Below the pieces are notes generated by a model, which was not told the DNA's origin, did no database searches, and was given only the letters and a program-made list of their open reading frames with translations. A program made the position numbers and the translations under genes. Below are positions 25,398 to 36,686 of a stretch of DNA of 64,000 bases, piece after piece (within the stretch, counting starts at the first letter, position 1; every line of letters begins with the position of its first letter). Source of the DNA: Candidatus Methylomirabilia bacterium (GTDB lineage Bacteria > Methylomirabilota > Methylomirabilia > Rokubacteriales > CSP1-6); NCBI GenBank assembly GCA_041497115.1, contig JBGQFW010000011.1, positions 2,699 to 66,698 on the forward strand, given 5' to 3'.

Positions 25398-26459
25398 TCA
25401 GCGCGCGGTGAGATCGGCCCAGAGACGCTCGGCGCCGCGCGCGGCGACCGCCCGCCCCAACGTGTCCGCCCAGCGGCTCTCGCTGCCGAACTCCGCGCGC
25501 CACGACCACAGCCGGCGCGTGGCGAAGTGCAGCGAGTGCTCATAGGTGAAGCCGATGGCGCCGTGCACCTGGTGGGCGATGCCGGCGCCGAGCCCGGCCG
25601 CCTCGCCGGCGCGGATCTTGGCGGCGGCCACCGCGAAGCGCGGCTCGCCGCGGTCGGCGGCGACGAAGGCGTGCTCGGCGGCGATGCCCGCCGCCGCCAC
25701 GTGGCCGGCCAGCAGCGCGAGGTTGTGCTGGATCGCCTGGAAGTTGCCGATCGGCCGGCCGAACTGCTTGCGCTCGGTGGCGTAGCGCACCGACTGCTCC
25801 AGCAGCGACTCGAGCGCGCCGGCCATCTGCGCGGCGCGAACGAGCGCGCCGTACAGGAGGACGGCGTCGGCGCCCGCGTGCGGCCCCGACGCGGCGGCGG
25901 CGACGACCGGCGCGCCGTCGAAGACAAGCGTGTCGCGCGGCTCCAGCGCCAGGTTGCGATCGGCGGTGACGCGCGCGGCGCCCTTGCCGACCAGCGCGAT
26001 CATCGGCGCGCCGTCCGCCTCCGCCACCGCGACGACGTGGCCGGCGGCCGCGCCCCACGGCACGCGCGCGGCGGTGCCGGAGAGGCGCCAGCCGCCGCCC
26101 GCCCGCGCAAGGCGCAGCCGCTCCTCGCGCTGCACAGGCGCCAGCGTGAGCGGCCCCAGCGGCACATCGAGGCCGGCTTGGCCGAGCAGCCAGCCGCCGA
26201 CGATCGTCTCGGCCAGCGGCACCGGCGCCGCCGCCTTGCCTGCCGCGCGCACCACGACGTGGGCGTCCGCCCACGCGCCGCCGGCGCCGCCCTGCGCCTC
26301 GGGCACGAGCGGCAGCGTGAGGCCGCCTTCCTCCAGCGCGCGCCAGAGCTTGTCGGGCCAGACGCCCTTCTCGGCCGACTCGATCAGCTCCTTGGTGACA
26401 AGGTCGCCGAAGAGCCGGGTGACCGTGTCGGCAAGCAGCCGGCCAAGCTCACCGCTCAT
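25398..26459 (-). CDS. Acyl-CoA dehydrogenase, short degenerate (beta-type) subunit
   Basis: RKQFGRPIGNFQAIQH and HQVHGAIGFTYEH. Start placed at ATG 26459; the longer ORF reads through a repeat. Confidence 0.87.
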   Translation of the reverse strand: MSGELGRLLADTVTRLFGDLVTKELIESAEKGVWPDKLWRALEEGGLTLPLVPEAQGGAGGAWADAHVVVRAAGKAAAPVPLAETIVGGWLLGQAGLDVPLGPLTLAPVQREERLRLARAGGGWRLSGTAARVPWGAAAGHVVAVAEADGAPMIALVGKGAARVTADRNLALEPRDTLVFDGAPVVAAAASGPHAGADAVLLYGALVRAAQMAGALESLLEQSVRYATERKQFGRPIGNFQAIQHNLALLAGHVAAAGIAAEHAFVAADRGEPRFAVAAAKIRAGEAAGLGAGIAHQVHGAIGFTYEHSLHFATRRLWSWRAEFGSESRWADTLGRAVAARGAERLWADLTAR

Positions 26460-26466
26460 CTGTCGG

Positions 26467-26540
26467 AGCGGGGGGCCCCGACATGGCCCCCCACACCCCC
26501 CAAGGCTCGGAGCGCCCCGGGAAACCCGTGACGCTCCTCG
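26467..26540 (+). repeat. Dispersed two-hairpin repeat, copy B
   Basis: AGCGGGGGGCCCCGACATGGCCCCCCACACCCCCCAAGGCTCGGAGCGCCCCGGGAAACCCGTGACGCTCCTCG is colinear with copy A. Confidence 0.85.
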
Positions 26541-26553
26541 ATCACCCGCGTGC

Positions 26554-27702
26554 TCATCGCAGCCCCAGCCCGCGCGCGATGATGCCGCGCAGCACCTCAC
26601 GGGTGCCGCCGCGCAGGGAGAAGGAGGGCGCGCGCTGCACGAGGAAGCCGAGCGTCTGCTGCAGGTCGCTGGCGCTGTCGATCGTCGGCTCGAGGTCCAC
26701 CAGCGCGTGCACGATCTCCGGCACCGACTGCTCGAACACCGTGCCCACGTCCTTGACCACCGCCGCCTCGAGGTTGGGGTTCTGGCCGGCCTGCAGCATG
26801 CCGGCGACCGAGAGCGACATCTGGCGCAGCGTGGTGAGCTGGGCGGCGAGCCGCCCCACCACCTCGGCCGCGCGCGGGCTCGGGTCGGGGCCGACGTGCT
26901 GGATGAGCTCGAAGATCAGCGCGATGCTCGAGAGGTAGCGCTCGGGGCCGCTGCGCTCGAAGGCCAGCTCGGTCGTCACCTGCTTCCAGCCGTCGCCCTC
27001 GCCGCCCACGCGCATGTCCTCGGGCACGAAGGCGTCCTGGAAGACGACCTCGTTGAAATGATGCGCGCCGGCCAGGTCGATGATCGGCCGGATCGTGATA
27101 CCGGGGGTCGTGAGATCCACCAGGAACTGCGAGAGTCCCTCGTGCTTCTTGTCGGGCACGACGGCGGTGCGGAACAGCGCGATGGCGTGGTTGCTGCGGT
27201 GGGCGTTGCTGGTCCACACCTTGGTGCCGTTGACGACGTAGCCGCCGTCCCGGCGCACCGCCCGGGTGCGGATCGAGGCGAGGTCGGAGCCCGAGTCGGG
27301 CTCGCTCATGCCGATGGCGAAGTAGGACTCGCCGCGCACGATCGCCGGCAGGAAGCGCTCGCGCTGGGCCTCGGTGCCGAAGCGCAGCAGCAGCGGCCCG
27401 CTCTGGCGCTCGGCCACCCAGTGCGCGCCGGCCGGCGCGCCCGCCGCCAGCAATTCCTCCAGCAGCACGTAGCGCTCGAGGAACGAGCGCTCCTGGCCGC
27501 CGTAGCGCTTGGGCCAGGTGAGGCCGATCCAGCCGCGCGCGCCGAGCTTGCGGCTGAACTCCGGGTCGAAGCCGCCCCACGAGTGCGCGCGGTGCACCGA
27601 GGTGCGGTCGCCCATCGCCTGGCGCAGGAACGCGCGGACCTCGTCGCGGAACGCCTCGGCCTCCGGCGGCAGGTCCTTCAGGTCGAAGTGGAACACACTC
27701 AT
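26554..27702 (-). CDS. Acyl-CoA dehydrogenase
   Basis: GMSEPDSGSDLAS, NGTKVWTS, FNEVVF, ELAFERSG and RGGTREV motifs. Confidence 0.92.
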   Translation of the reverse strand: MSVFHFDLKDLPPEAEAFRDEVRAFLRQAMGDRTSVHRAHSWGGFDPEFSRKLGARGWIGLTWPKRYGGQERSFLERYVLLEELLAAGAPAGAHWVAERQSGPLLLRFGTEAQRERFLPAIVRGESYFAIGMSEPDSGSDLASIRTRAVRRDGGYVVNGTKVWTSNAHRSNHAIALFRTAVVPDKKHEGLSQFLVDLTTPGITIRPIIDLAGAHHFNEVVFQDAFVPEDMRVGGEGDGWKQVTTELAFERSGPERYLSSIALIFELIQHVGPDPSPRAAEVVGRLAAQLTTLRQMSLSVAGMLQAGQNPNLEAAVVKDVGTVFEQSVPEIVHALVDLEPTIDSASDLQQTLGFLVQRAPSFSLRGGTREVLRGIIARGLGLR

Positions 27703-27760
27703 GGTGCGGCTTGCATTATCACAGCCCCCGCGCCCCCGCAACATCGGGTAAGATGTCGCC

Positions 27761-28072
27761 GTGCTCGCGCGTCGCCTCGTGACGGTTTTCGTGGCCGTGT
27801 ACCTGCTGCTCGACTTCTCCCTGCCGATGGTCCGCGGAGCCTTCGAGTTCGATCCCGACGAGTCGGTGGACTGCGCCCGGATCGAGCCGGTCGGGAACAC
27901 CGTCCCCGCGCCGCTCCCCGCGCCCATTGCGACCACACCGCGCTGCCGCGAGAGAATCGTCGTCCGCCCCGTCCGCGTTTCGCTCGCGCTCGTCGTCGCC
28001 GAGCCCGCCGGCGTCGCGCGCGACCATCTCCGTGCCGCCGCCGATTCGCCGCCGCCCTCCGAAGACCACTAA
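27761..28072 (+). CDS. Small hypothetical membrane-anchored protein ending in PPPSEDH
   Basis: N-terminal hydrophobic helix and acidic FDPDESVD. TAAGAT lies 6 nt upstream of the GTG. Confidence 0.55.
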   Translation: MLARRLVTVFVAVYLLLDFSLPMVRGAFEFDPDESVDCARIEPVGNTVPAPLPAPIATTPRCRERIVVRPVRVSLALVVAEPAGVARDHLRAAADSPPPSEDH

Positions 28073-28149
28073 CCGCGCCGTCCCTCACGCCACCCGCGTC
28101 CTGTCGTCGAGGTCGCAGTCTGGATGTGCCATGTCCGAGGGAGGGCCGC

Positions 28150-29016
28150 ATGCACGGTGCGATCGAGGAGGTGCCGGCGAACGTCCGAGAGGTGGCGTCC
28201 CGCGTCCAGACGCTGTTCTTCATCCACGTGCCCAAGACCGCGGGCACGTACCTCACGAGGGTGGCGCTGCGGCGCGTGCTCGCGGTGCTGCCGGCGCCGC
28301 GCCGGAGGCGCCTCGCCCGGCTCGCCCGGGTTCTGCGATTCGGCCCCGCCGCGCCTCCGCGCGGCACCGTCTACACCTGCGCCCATGCGGTGTGCGCGGC
28401 GAAGACGCTGGGCATCGCGCCCTATCACCGGGCGTGGACGCAGACGTGCGCGGGATACCCGGAGCTTCGGAGCTCGCTGGTCTTCGCGGTCGTGCGCAAT
28501 CCGTTCGACCTGCTGCTGAGCATGTACCGCTACGGCTTCCCGTACCGACGGCCCCGACCGGACAAGCCGAAGGCGGCGCTCGACGCCTTCGGGTTCCCGT
28601 TCACGTCCTTCGCGGACTTCGTCAGGGCGTACTGCGATCGGGACTACCCGTGGATCATCGCCCCCCACCATCGTTTCCTGTTCTTTCAGCTCTTCGACGA
28701 CGAGGGACGGTGCGTCCCCCACGTCCTCCTGCGGACGGAGCGTCTCGACGAGGGCCTCGGGCGGATCCTGCGCCTCTTCGGGGTCGAGCCGGTCGTCTCG
28801 TCGGACCGCGTGAACCCCTCGGCGCCCCCGGGAGAGCCGGACTATCGAAGCTTCTACACCGACGAGCTGCGTCGATTGGTGGAGGAGAAGTGCCGGCGGG
28901 AGCTGCAGGCGTTCGGCTACTCCTTCGACGGGCCCGACGCGCGCGTGATGATCGATCCGCGCCACGTGCGGTACAACCCGCACACGGACCAAATGACGCT
29001 CGAGACCGACGCCTGA
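28150..29016 (+). CDS. Sulfotransferase family 2 protein
   Basis: 5'-PSB FIHVPKTAGT, 3'-PB VRNPFDLLLSMY and C-terminal YRSFYTDEL...ELQAFGYSF. Confidence 0.82.
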   Translation: MHGAIEEVPANVREVASRVQTLFFIHVPKTAGTYLTRVALRRVLAVLPAPRRRRLARLARVLRFGPAAPPRGTVYTCAHAVCAAKTLGIAPYHRAWTQTCAGYPELRSSLVFAVVRNPFDLLLSMYRYGFPYRRPRPDKPKAALDAFGFPFTSFADFVRAYCDRDYPWIIAPHHRFLFFQLFDDEGRCVPHVLLRTERLDEGLGRILRLFGVEPVVSSDRVNPSAPPGEPDYRSFYTDELRRLVEEKCRRELQAFGYSFDGPDARVMIDPRHVRYNPHTDQMTLETDA

Positions 29017-29029
29017 CGCGCGCCGCCGG

Positions 29030-29326
29030 TCAGCGGCCGAAGAAGCCGCCGCGCGGGCGGGCGTGGGCGTGGAAGTGGTCGGGGATGTTGCGCATGTGAC
29101 CGTCCAGCCAGAACTCGCCGAGCCGCGCCGCCGCCACCTCGCGCAGCCGAAGCTGCATGTGGCGCAGGTCCTCGTCGGGGGGCGTCACGCCGTGCCAGCG
29201 CCAGACCACCATCGGCACCTCGCAGATCTCGCACTCCGCGATCCAGCACACGTCGTCCTCGTGGAACCACTCGGTCAGCTTCGCCGCCCGGCAGAGATCG
29301 CACCCCTCGACCTTGACCCCCGTCAA
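29030..29326 (-). CDS. Small HIT-like Zn-binding protein
   Basis: CDLC, CEIC and HFHAH triad. TTG start overlaps the upstream TGA. Confidence 0.72.
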   Translation of the reverse strand: MTGVKVEGCDLCRAAKLTEWFHEDDVCWIAECEICEVPMVVWRWHGVTPPDEDLRHMQLRLREVAAARLGEFWLDGHMRNIPDHFHAHARPRGGFFGR

Positions 29327-30408
29327 TAATCCGCCCCCTCCAGGAGCGGGAACGCGCTCGTCACGTGCGGCAGCGCCACCGGCGGCGCCGCGTGCAGGCA
29401 GGAGGCGTCCAGCGCGGCCAGGCGGTCGGCGCCGAGCAGCGTCAGGGCGATGCGGATCTCGTCCTCCATCAGCTCGAGCATGCGCACGCAGCCGGCGGCG
29501 CCGGCGGCGGCCAGGCCGAAGCACGGCATGCGACCCATGCCGACCAGGTCGGCGCCCAGCGCGATCGCCTTCACCACGTCGGTCCCGCGCTGGAAGCAGC
29601 CGTCCACGATGATCCGCGCCCGCTTGTCGACGGCCCGCACCACCTCGGGCAGCACGTCGAGCGAGCCGCGCCCCTGGTCGAGCTGGCGCCCGCCGTGGTT
29701 GGAGACGTAGACGACGTCCACGCCGTGCTCGCAGGCGAGCGCGGCGTCCTCCGCCGTGGCGATGCCCTTGAGGATGAGCGGCACGGGGTGCGTGTCCTTG
29801 AAGCGCTTGACGTGATCCCAGGTGAGGCCGGCCTGGTAGTCGAAGCCGGTGGCGCGCGCGCGCCAGGGCTTCACGAAGCGCCGCGCCAGGTCGCGCTCGC
29901 GCCGGCTGTAGGAGGCGGTGTCCACCGTGAGGCAGAAGCCGGTGTAGCCGTGGTCGCGGGCGCGGCGCACGTGGTCGTCCACGAAGGCGTCGTCGCCCCG
30001 CACGTAGAGCTGGAAGATGCGGAAGTTGTCGGCGGCCTTGGCGACCGCCTCCAGCCCCGGGTTGCAGACCGAGGACAGCATCTGGGGCACGCCGAACTCG
30101 GCCGAGGCCTGGGCGGCGGTGGCGCCGCCGCCCGGCGTGAAGCTCTCGATCGAGCCGATCGGCGCCAGCATCACCGGAATGCGGATCGGCTTGCCGAGGA
30201 AGCTGCTGGTGGCGTCCACCTTGGCCACGTTGCGCAGCACGCGCGGCCGGAAGGCCAGCGAGTCGATGGCCAGCCGGTTGCGGCGCAGCGTCGTCTCCGT
30301 CTCGGCGCCGCCGACCAGGTAATCCCACGGCCCCGGCGCCAGCGTGGCGCGCGCGGCCCGCACGATCTCGTGCAGCGTCTGGTAACGATCGTCCAAGCCT
30401 GAGCTCAT
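29323..30408 (-). CDS. FMN-dependent alpha-hydroxy acid oxidase/dehydrogenase
   Basis: FRPRVLRNV, LTVD, LKGI, SNHGGRQLD and DG..RGTDVVKAIALGA motifs. Confidence 0.92.
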   Translation of the reverse strand: MSSGLDDRYQTLHEIVRAARATLAPGPWDYLVGGAETETTLRRNRLAIDSLAFRPRVLRNVAKVDATSSFLGKPIRIPVMLAPIGSIESFTPGGGATAAQASAEFGVPQMLSSVCNPGLEAVAKAADNFRIFQLYVRGDDAFVDDHVRRARDHGYTGFCLTVDTASYSRRERDLARRFVKPWRARATGFDYQAGLTWDHVKRFKDTHPVPLILKGIATAEDAALACEHGVDVVYVSNHGGRQLDQGRGSLDVLPEVVRAVDKRARIIVDGCFQRGTDVVKAIALGADLVGMGRMPCFGLAAAGAAGCVRMLELMEDEIRIALTLLGADRLAALDASCLHAAPPVALPHVTSAFPLLEGADY

Positions 30409-30453
30409 GGCGCGGAGGATAGCAGATTCCCGTCGGTGCTACGCTAGCCGGGC

Positions 30454-31740
30454 ATGCAGCCGTTCGCGAGGATCGAGGTCGTCGAGTTCGGCCAGTTCAT
30501 CGCGGTGCCCTTCTGCGCCCAGCTCCTGGCCGAGGGCGGCGCTCACGTCGTCAAGGTGGAGTCGCTCGAGGGCGATCCGGTCCGCCACCTGGCGCCGCCG
30601 GCGCCCGGCGAGTCGCGCCACTTCATCTCGCGCAACCGCGGCAAGCACGTGCTGCCGCTCGACCTCCGCCACGCCGGCGCCCGGCCGGTGATCGAGCGGC
30701 TGCTGGCCCGCGCCGACGTCGTGCTGACCAACTTCCGTCCCGGCTTCGCCGACGAGCTGGGGCTCGACGGGGCGAGCCTGGCGCCGCGCTTCCCGCGGCT
30801 GATCGTCGGCAACGTGAGCGCGTTCGGGCGCCGCGGCCCCGACGCGCGGCTGGCCGGCATGGACATGGTCGTGCAGGCGCGCAGCGGCCTGATGGCCACG
30901 CTCGGGCGGATGCAGGACGGCGTGCCGACGGCGGGCGACGCGCCGGTCGCCGACTACATGTGCGCGCTGATCCTCTCCTTCGGCATCGCCGCCGCCCTGC
31001 TCCGCCGCGAGCGCACCGGGCGCGGCGGCGAGGTGGACGTGGCGCTGCTGATGGCCGCGCTCGTCGCCCAGAACAACTCGTTCGTGCGCGTCGAGGCGGT
31101 GGACGCCCCCGCGCACGCCGCCACGCTGGCGCGCCTGGCCGAGCTGCGCGCGTCCGGGCGGCCCCACGCCGAACAGGCCGCGCTCATGCCCACCACCCGC
31201 ACGCCCGGCATGAGCGGCGTCTACTACCGCACCTACACCACGCGCGACGCCGCCCTCGCCGTCGCCTGCGTGAGCCCGGGGCTGCAGCGCACGTTCATGA
31301 AGGCGCTCGGCCTGGAAGACCGCGCCCACGCGCAGCCGATCCTCGACCGCGACGCCCTCGCCCGCCACTACGCCGAGCTGCGCGGCCGGGCCGAGGCCGC
31401 GCTGGCCTCGCGCACGACGGCTGAGTGGAAGGCCGTCTTCGACGCCCACGGCGTGCCGGCGGCGGGCGTGGCGTTCTCGGTCGAGCTCCTCGACGACCCG
31501 CAGGTGCTCGCCAACGGCCTCCTGCACGACCTCGCCCACCCCGCGCTGGGGGCGGTTCGCGTCCTGGCGCCCCCGCTCCGGATGGATGGCGACGGGTTCC
31601 TCCCCGCCCCGGCCACGGCCCCGTTCGGCAGCGAGACCCGGGCGCTCCTGACCTCCCTGAGCTTCACCGACGAGGAGGTCGAGGGCCTCCTGGGGGCCGG
31701 TGTGACGCAGGGTGTCAAGAGGGGTGGGAATTCGGCCTGA
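30454..31740 (+). CDS. Class III CoA transferase (CaiB/BaiF)
   Basis: VKVES..GDP.R, NRGK, NFRPG and VADY motifs. Confidence 0.9.
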   Translation: MQPFARIEVVEFGQFIAVPFCAQLLAEGGAHVVKVESLEGDPVRHLAPPAPGESRHFISRNRGKHVLPLDLRHAGARPVIERLLARADVVLTNFRPGFADELGLDGASLAPRFPRLIVGNVSAFGRRGPDARLAGMDMVVQARSGLMATLGRMQDGVPTAGDAPVADYMCALILSFGIAAALLRRERTGRGGEVDVALLMAALVAQNNSFVRVEAVDAPAHAATLARLAELRASGRPHAEQAALMPTTRTPGMSGVYYRTYTTRDAALAVACVSPGLQRTFMKALGLEDRAHAQPILDRDALARHYAELRGRAEAALASRTTAEWKAVFDAHGVPAAGVAFSVELLDDPQVLANGLLHDLAHPALGAVRVLAPPLRMDGDGFLPAPATAPFGSETRALLTSLSFTDEEVEGLLGAGVTQGVKRGGNSA

Positions 31741-31788
31741 AATGTGGCATCTTACCGCGGTCGTTCGTTCAGCGAGGAGGAGCCCCTT

Positions 31789-32022
31789 ATGCAGGTAGTT
31801 GCCCTGTCCACGCCCACCCGTACGGGCTGGTCGTGGAGGATCGTGAACGCCGCCGGCGAGACGATCGAGGAGTCGCGCGAGCGATATCCGAGCATCGCCA
31901 CCGCCGTCGCCACCGGCCGCAGCCGCCTGAGCCGCATGAAGATCGTCGACCGCTCGACGCCGCCCCGTCCCTATCGCGCCGCCGCCCAGGTCAAGGCGGC
32001 CGCCATGCGGAAGTCTTCGTGA
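31789..32022 (+). CDS. Small hypothetical protein (77 aa)
   Basis: SD GAGGAGG, W-x-W-R-I-V-N...IEES pattern, GTGA-coupled to rpsU. Confidence 0.65.
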   Translation: MQVVALSTPTRTGWSWRIVNAAGETIEESRERYPSIATAVATGRSRLSRMKIVDRSTPPRPYRAAAQVKAAAMRKSS

Positions 32023-32222
32023 AGATCGAGGTCATCGACAACCAGATCGAAGCGGCGCTCAAGGCCCTCAAGAAGCGGATGCAGAAGGAGGGCCTGTTCC
32101 AGGAGATGAAGCGCCGCGCGCACTACGAGAAGCCCTCGGTCAAGCGCAAGCGCAAGGCGGCCCAGGCGCGCCGCAAGCGGCGCAAGGCCATGCGCCGGCA
32201 GCAGCAGTCCGACGAAGACTAG
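32019..32222 (+). CDS. rpsU: 30S ribosomal protein S21
   Basis: [37 protein letters not shown]. Confidence 0.95.
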   Translation: MKIEVIDNQIEAALKALKKRMQKEGLFQEMKRRAHYEKPSVKRKRKAAQARRKRRKAMRRQQQSDED

Positions 32223-32307
32223 GCCCGAGCGCGAACGGCCGGCTGCCCGGCCGCCGCGCGCAACGCCGGAGGCGCCCGCCTTCGGTCTCGCCCGTCAGCC
32301 CGCTCGC

Positions 32308-32485
32308 GAGTATCGCTCGCTCTCGATCGTGATCCCCTGCTACAACGAGCGGCGCACGCTGGCGGCGGTGGTCGTGGGAGGTGCCGGTCTGCTACGCGCC
32401 GCGCACCGTCGCCGAGGGCAAGAAGATCCGCGGGCGCGACGGCGCGCAGGCGGTGTGGACGCTGCTCCGCTACCGCGTCGGGGAC
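32308..32485 (+). pseudogene. Internally deleted glycosyltransferase family 2 (DPM1-like) remnant
   Basis: GT2 N-terminus LSIVIPCYNERRTL abuts, in a different frame, GT2 C-terminus EVPVCYAPRTVAEGKKIRGRDGAQAVWTLLRYR. Confidence 0.75.
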
Positions 32486-33123
32486 TCGCCGCCCAGGTCG
32501 AACCCCAGCAGCGCCGCCAGCGCGCGCAGCGCGACGGCGGGATCGTCCACCTTGATCGTCGCCATCCCTAGCGCGCGGGCGGGCTTGAGGTTGCCGCCGA
32601 TGTCGTCCAGGAACGCGGTGCGCGCGGGCGGCACGCCGAGCGCGTCGCACGCCAGCGTGTAGATGCGCGGGTCGGGCTTGCGCAGCCCGACCACCCGCGA
32701 CTCGACGAAGACGTCGAAGTGTGCGCGCAGGCGATGGGGGATGACGTCGTCGGCCTCGCCCGCCCGCCGCCAGTTGTTGGTCAGCGCGCCCACTCGCAGC
32801 CCCCGCGCGCGGATGCGCCGGATCGCCTCCAGCATCGCCGGCCGCGCCACGCCGGCCTCGGCGATCGCCGCCATGATCGCGGCGCCGTCCACCGCGAGGC
32901 CGTGCGCGCGGCAGTCGGCCTCGAAGGGCGCGCAGAAGGTCTCGGCGGTCAGCTCGCCGCGCTCCAGCCGCGCCCACGCCCCCGTCTCGCCGCCCGCCGC
33001 CACCACGCGGCTGATCGCGTTGGGCGCCAGCCCGCGCGCGGCCTCGTAGCGCGCGAGGGCGTGCAGCGGCGACTCCATGACGACGCCGCCCATGTCGAAC
33101 AGCACGCCCGCGATGGCCGCCAC
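32470..33123 (-). CDS. HAD-IA family hydrolase (ACAD10/sEH N-domain-like)
   Basis: LFDMGGV, LTNNW, GLRKPDPRIY and FLDDIGGNL motifs. GTG 33123 (alternatively ATG 33132). Confidence 0.88.
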   Translation of the reverse strand: MAAIAGVLFDMGGVVMESPLHALARYEAARGLAPNAISRVVAAGGETGAWARLERGELTAETFCAPFEADCRAHGLAVDGAAIMAAIAEAGVARPAMLEAIRRIRARGLRVGALTNNWRRAGEADDVIPHRLRAHFDVFVESRVVGLRKPDPRIYTLACDALGVPPARTAFLDDIGGNLKPARALGMATIKVDDPAVALRALAALLGFDLGGESPTR

Positions 33124-33195
33124 GCCCGCCATCTTATCTCCACGTGATACCATCCCGGCATTCCCGGGCCGATTCCCGACGAACGAGGAGTTGCC

Positions 33196-35279
<2,084 letters not shown>

Positions 35280-35283
<4 letters not shown>

Positions 35284-36686
35284 GCGCCGACCTCGCGTTC
35301 ACGCCGGCGACCGAGCTGGCCGCGCTGATCCGCGCGCGCACGCTCTCGCCGGTGGAGCTCACGCGCGCCGTGCTGGAGCGGATCGAGCGGCTCAACCTCA
35401 CGCTCAACGCGTTCTGCACGCTCACGCCGGAGGCCGCGCTGGCCGCCGCGCGCGAGGCCGAGCAGGCCGTGATGGGGGGCCGGCCGCTGGGACCGCTGCA
35501 CGGCCTGCCGTTCTCGGTCAAGGACCTGGCGCTCACCCGGGGCGTGCGCACGATGTTCGGCTCGCACATCTTCGCCGCCCGTGTGCCCGACGTGGACGCG
35601 CCGTACGTGCGCCGGCTGCGCGAGGCGGGCGGGATCTTCATCGGCAAGACGGCGTCGCCGGAGTTCGGCTGGAAGGCGCTGGGCGACAGCCCGCTCACCG
35701 GCATCACGCGCAACCCGTGGAATCCCGAGGTGACGACGGGCGGCTCCAGCGCGGGCGCCGGCGCGGCGGCCGCCGCCGGGCTCGGCCCGCTGCACCAGGG
35801 CTCCGACGGCGCCGGCTCGATCCGTATCCCGTCGGCGTTCTGCGGGATCGTCGGCGTGAAGGCCACCTACGGCCGCGTCCCCCTCTGGCCGGTGTCGAAC
35901 AACGACTACGCGACCCACGCCGGGCCGATGACGCGCACCGTCGCCGACGCCGCGCTGATGCTCGGCGTGATGGCCGGCCCCGACCCGTGGGACACGACCT
36001 CGCTCGAGAGCCCGCCCGCCGACTACACCGCCGCGCTCGCGCGCGGCGTGGCGGGGTTGCGCGTGGCGTTCAGCCCCGACCTCGGCGGCCTGCGCGTGGA
36101 TCCCGAGGTCGCCGCGGTGGTCGCCGCCGCCGTGCGGGCGTTCGAGCCGCTCGGCGCGCGGGTCGAGGAGGTGAAGCCGGGCTTCGCCGACTCGCACGCG
36201 ATGATCCGCCTCATGTGGGGCGCGCACTACATCGGCAACTACGGCCAGTACCTCGACGAGTGGCGGGCGCGCATGGATCCCGGCCTCGTCGCGTGCATGG
36301 AGGACGCCAAGCGCTGGACCGCGCAGGAGTACGTCGCGATGCGCGGGCGGCGGATCGGCTACTGGGACAGCGTGCGCCCGCTCTTCGAGACCTACGACCT
36401 GCTGCTCACGCCGACGGTGTCGGTGGCGCCGTTCGGCGTCGGCAAGCTGAATCCCGACGGCTGGCCGCAGCACGCGTGGGACTGGTTCCCGTGGGCGTCG
36501 TTCTCCTACCCGTTCAACTTCACCGGGCAGCCGGCCGCGACGGTGCCGGCCGGCCTCACCGCCGCCGGGCTGCCCGTCGGCCTGCAGATCGTCGGCCGCC
36601 GCTTCGCCGAGACGACGGTGCTGCAGGCGGCGGCGGCGTTCGAGCAGGCGCGGCCGTGGGCGGCGCGCCGGCCGAGGATCTCGTGA
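35280..36686 (+). CDS. Amidase signature family protein
   Basis: SVKDL, GGSSAG and GSDGAGSIRIPSAFCG motifs. Confidence 0.92.

Noticed and set aside
23814-26531. Very long antisense ORFs (also 12131-14749 and 46607-49678)
   Set aside because: They are shadows of real genes with strong GC3 bias and carry no recognisable motifs.
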